NCBI GenBank assembly: GCA_040285825.1
Contig: JAUPSS010000004.1
Location: 5,671,784-5,735,783 of the forward strand
Source: Eukaryota sp. TZLM1-RC
Lineage: Eukaryota; Protista; Metamonada: BaSk clade
DNA: 64,000 nt
Direction of reading: 5' to 3'
Positions 61,130-64,000 of the stretch are shown here, piece after piece. Numbering within the stretch: the first letter of the stretch is position 1; every line of letters starts with the position of its first letter. Made by a program: the position numbers and the translations under genes. The notes below the pieces were generated by a model, which searched no databases, had not been told where the DNA came from, and worked only from the letters and a program-made list of their open reading frames with translations.

Positions 61130-64000
61130 TGCAGCTTTGACATCTGATCTGTTTTTCAATTGTCACGAAAATAGTTGCATTTTTAATCTTGATTTCAAAA
61201 ATGCTTTCAATTCAGTGAAAAGAGATTCAATTTGGAAAGAAATCAAATCAAATTTTCCTGAACTCGAAACCTTTTTTTATAGGTTTTATGGTAATTCATC
61301 TGATTTAATTTTTAATTCTTTTAATCTGGATTCTTTATCAGGAGTTAAACAAGGAGACCCTTTAGGTCCTTTCTTTTTTTGTCTTGCAATTCACCCAATT
61401 TTGAAAAAATTAAAAGAAGAAAATTCTGACCTTCAAGTGGTAGCTTACATGGATGACATTTCTTGTATTGGTCCAGAAAGTACAATTAATAGGGTTGCTA
61501 ATGAAGCTGCTACATTATACCCAATCCATAGGTCTTGATTTGAATGTTCAAAAATGTTTTTGTATTTCTAGAAAAAATGTTAAGTTAATAATTAATTCCC
61601 TCGAAGTTCCATATATTGATTATACTTCAACTAGTTTCTGCTTTCTGGGTTGCTATTTAGGTTCCGCCGAAAAGACACTTGACAGCCTTGAAAATTATTT
61701 AAATTCAATTAAAAAGAGCTAGAAGTCATAAAGACTCTTGAATTGGAAAAACATCTTAAGTTTTCTCTTTTGAAAATTTGTTATGCTGGAAAAATTACTC
61801 ATTTACTGCGATCATTACCTCCATCCCTAACTTACAATTTTTGTAGACAATTTAACAAAATACGTACCCAATTTTTGGCTTATTTAATGTCTGTTGATCC
61901 ATCAATTTTGAAAAATCATATTTTTTCTGATGTTCAACTTGGTGGTGTTGGATTCAATTCATCAAAATATTTGACCAAAGCTGCATTTATTGGTGGTGGA
62001 AAAAATTTTGTATTTGAATTCTCTAGAAGATATCCTTTTGCCGAAAATCTTCTTGAAACTACAAATAGCCTATTCCTCGATAACTTAAGAGAAGAAATTT
62101 CCAGTTTATCTCCCGACTTATGGCAATCATGTTTCCCCATATCCATTCAAGAAATTCCAGACAGAAGTTTGTATTCATTAAAATTTGCGTTGAAAAAGCT
62201 CCAACGACATCTTTTGAAAATATTTGAAAGCAAGGATTTTATTGTTCGACTTAGCACGGCTAAGAAAGAAAATCCTGCTTTTGCCAATTTTTTGATTGAT
62301 TTGAAGGACAGTTCATCTGCAGTTTTGATAAATCAAATTCCCCAGATTTATTTTTTTTTTTAAAAAAAATTAATTTTATTCTAAACCTATAAATCAACAT
62401 CTAAAAAATCCATCTCTCCCAAAACAAAAACACTAGATGCAACTCTCTCATAGTGAGATCCAAGAGAAAGCAAAGCATCAGAAACCATCATCAACATCCC
62501 CTTAAAAATAGAAAACACAATTCTATTTTGCCAAAACAATCTGTTGAAATTTCTGCCAGTTCTTCTCTTTACAATCATTTCAAAATCATCCAAAAAACGT
62601 AAAGCAGTTGGTGCAAGTGAACCAAAAAGGGAAAATACAAATGGATACAAATTGTATTTTGCATGCTGTAGACTGGCCAATTTGCACATTATGAAAACAT
62701 TGCTGCTGTAAGGTTTGATGGTGTGGAAGCTTGTTTTGAAGATATTGACTTTTAGACTGTGGTTTTGAAAATAAATTAAAATTAAATTAAAAAAAAAATT
62801 TGGACAAAGGTTCATTGTATTTTTTGAATTTAAAATTTTCAGCATTTGAAAGGGGATTATGAATTTCAGAATTAACAAGCCTTTCATTTGAGGCATTACA
62901 AGGATCAACAGACATTACATCCAATAAAATAAAGCTTCCATCTAATCCAGGTAATATGACATCACCTCTATTATTCTTATGAAAATCATTTTCAGCATCA
63001 AACAGATTTGACAACAGAGGTTCCAAGAAGGATTCAATTCTATGAGATTTACACATACAATATAACTGGTCTCTTACAGCATCATGAACCTTGCTTCTAA
63101 AAGTAATAAAATGTTTACAATTTAACAAATGAGTAGTTGTAATTTCTCGAGAACATTTACAAATTAAATTATGAGGTAAATTATCAGGCCAGATAAAGGA
63201 ACGAAATCTCATATTCAGAGTCCAAGCAGAATCGGATAAGAGAGTACCATATACTTGCGGAATTGTTGTTACTAAGGCAGAAGAAGTACTGTCACACATA
63301 TCTTGTAAAAGATTTGCAAAAGCGGGATTCTTTTTCTTGGCCAAGCCAAGTCTAACATCAAAATCCAAGCTTTCAAAAATCTTTGACAATTTTTGTTGAA
63401 GCTTTTTACAGCAAAACTGTAAATTAAATAGAGATCGGTTTGGAATTTCTTGAATTGATTGAGGAAAGCATTTGGTCCAAATTTGTGGCGGTAATTTTTC
63501 AAGTTCACAAGATAACTTATACAAATAGGGACTACAATTGGGGACTAACAGATGGGAATCATCAGGAAATCTACGAGAAAATTCATAAATAAAATTTTTG
63601 CCACCACCCAAGAATGCTGATTGACACAAAATTGAAGATTTAGTAAATCCAATACCCCCCAAATTTGCTGAAGAAAATAAATGGCTTTTCAACATTCCTG
63701 GTTCTACATCCAATAAATCAGCAAAAAATTCTGTTCTCAATGAATTAAAAGAACGACAAAAATCTAATGCTATGGAATCTAATGCCCCAGATTTATGGTC
63801 TATTTTTGAATGACGACCAATGGACCACTGCTATGAGAATGCGTTGTTATTTATGGCCTTGTAATTTGCCCAATGATTTGTTTTGCAAATGTGGAGCTGG
63901 TTTGACATTATCACATTTATTTAATTGTAATAGATATATTTCCTATCGTTCTACGTTGCATGATGCAGTCAGAGATCAAATCCATGCAATGTGTAATTCC
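61130..64000 (+). mobile_element. Head-to-tail B unit 3 (no C insertion) with nested A(-) at 62352-63784, itself carrying a mini-B (62685-62796)
   Basis: Same start junction as 53526. Single atttactgcgat at 61801. A TSD at 62340-62351 and 63785-63796. Mini-B TSD aatttg. Confidence 0.88.

Larger units (their letters stand above)
1..64000. mobile_element. Continuous nested array of five families (A-E) of RLE-type, CRE-like non-LTR retrotransposons; no host sequence
   Basis: Every long ORF is a piece of the same type of polyprotein: RPIAxGE, QxG, LDFxNAFNS, GVKQGDPLGP, YMDD (RT), CxC-x7/8-H-x3-C, and HD..EP..R[GA]D..D..[EK]xxKxxKY (restriction-like endonuclease). Pieces end in AATAAA plus A-rich tails, and many have TSDs. 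Only short fillers lie between fragments. Confidence 0.95.

Noticed and set aside
1-64000. Bacterial RT system (group II intron, retron, DGR) or CRISPR array
   Set aside because: Poly-A tails with AATAAA, TSDs, 5' truncations and a CCHC-RLE C-terminus indicate eukaryotic non-LTR elements. There is no repeat-spacer array or accessory gene.
1-64000. Drosophila- or Giardia-like telomeric head-to-tail retrotransposon array
   Set aside because: Orientation is mixed, insertions are internal with TSDs, and no telomeric repeat was seen. A subtelomeric position cannot be excluded from this window alone.
1-64000. Remnant of an SL-RNA, rDNA or tRNA target repeat
   Set aside because: Every TSD I traced maps inside another element; no recurrent non-element sequence was found.
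1-64000. Naming the host species or assigning known family names
   Set aside because: There are no host genes and no database access. The CRE-like assignment rests on motifs only.

Overview
The entire 64 kb window is a gene-free, strongly AT-rich pile-up of single-ORF non-LTR retrotransposons, probably from a microbial eukaryote. Each element encodes an N-terminal Zn knuckle and C4 finger, a YMDD reverse transcriptase, a CCHC motif and a restriction-like endonuclease; the motifs are most like the CRE/SLACS/Cnl1 group. Five divergent families can be told apart, named here by their C-termini: A (..DVDL), B (..EDIDF), C (..EEILV), D (..EDVEF), E (..EDIEF). They are inserted into one another on both strands. 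I read about 25 insertions with 6-15 bp target-site duplications (TSDs), nested up to 4-5 levels. Full-length copies of A (23364-26848) and C (48850-52186; interrupted copies at 16016-19672 and 54210-58459) are present, and a complete E can be rebuilt from 22694-30153. The 5' ends of B and D are not in the window. The array was also expanded by tandem and segmental duplications (about 7.7 kb, 1194 bp, 540 bp, and head-to-tail B units). I found no host gene, rRNA, tRNA, SL-RNA or telomere repeat, and the TSDs share no consensus. This suggests the elements target a chromosomal domain (candidate centromere or heterochromatin) rather than a DNA motif; that is inference. All coordinates were read by eye and may be off by a few bases.
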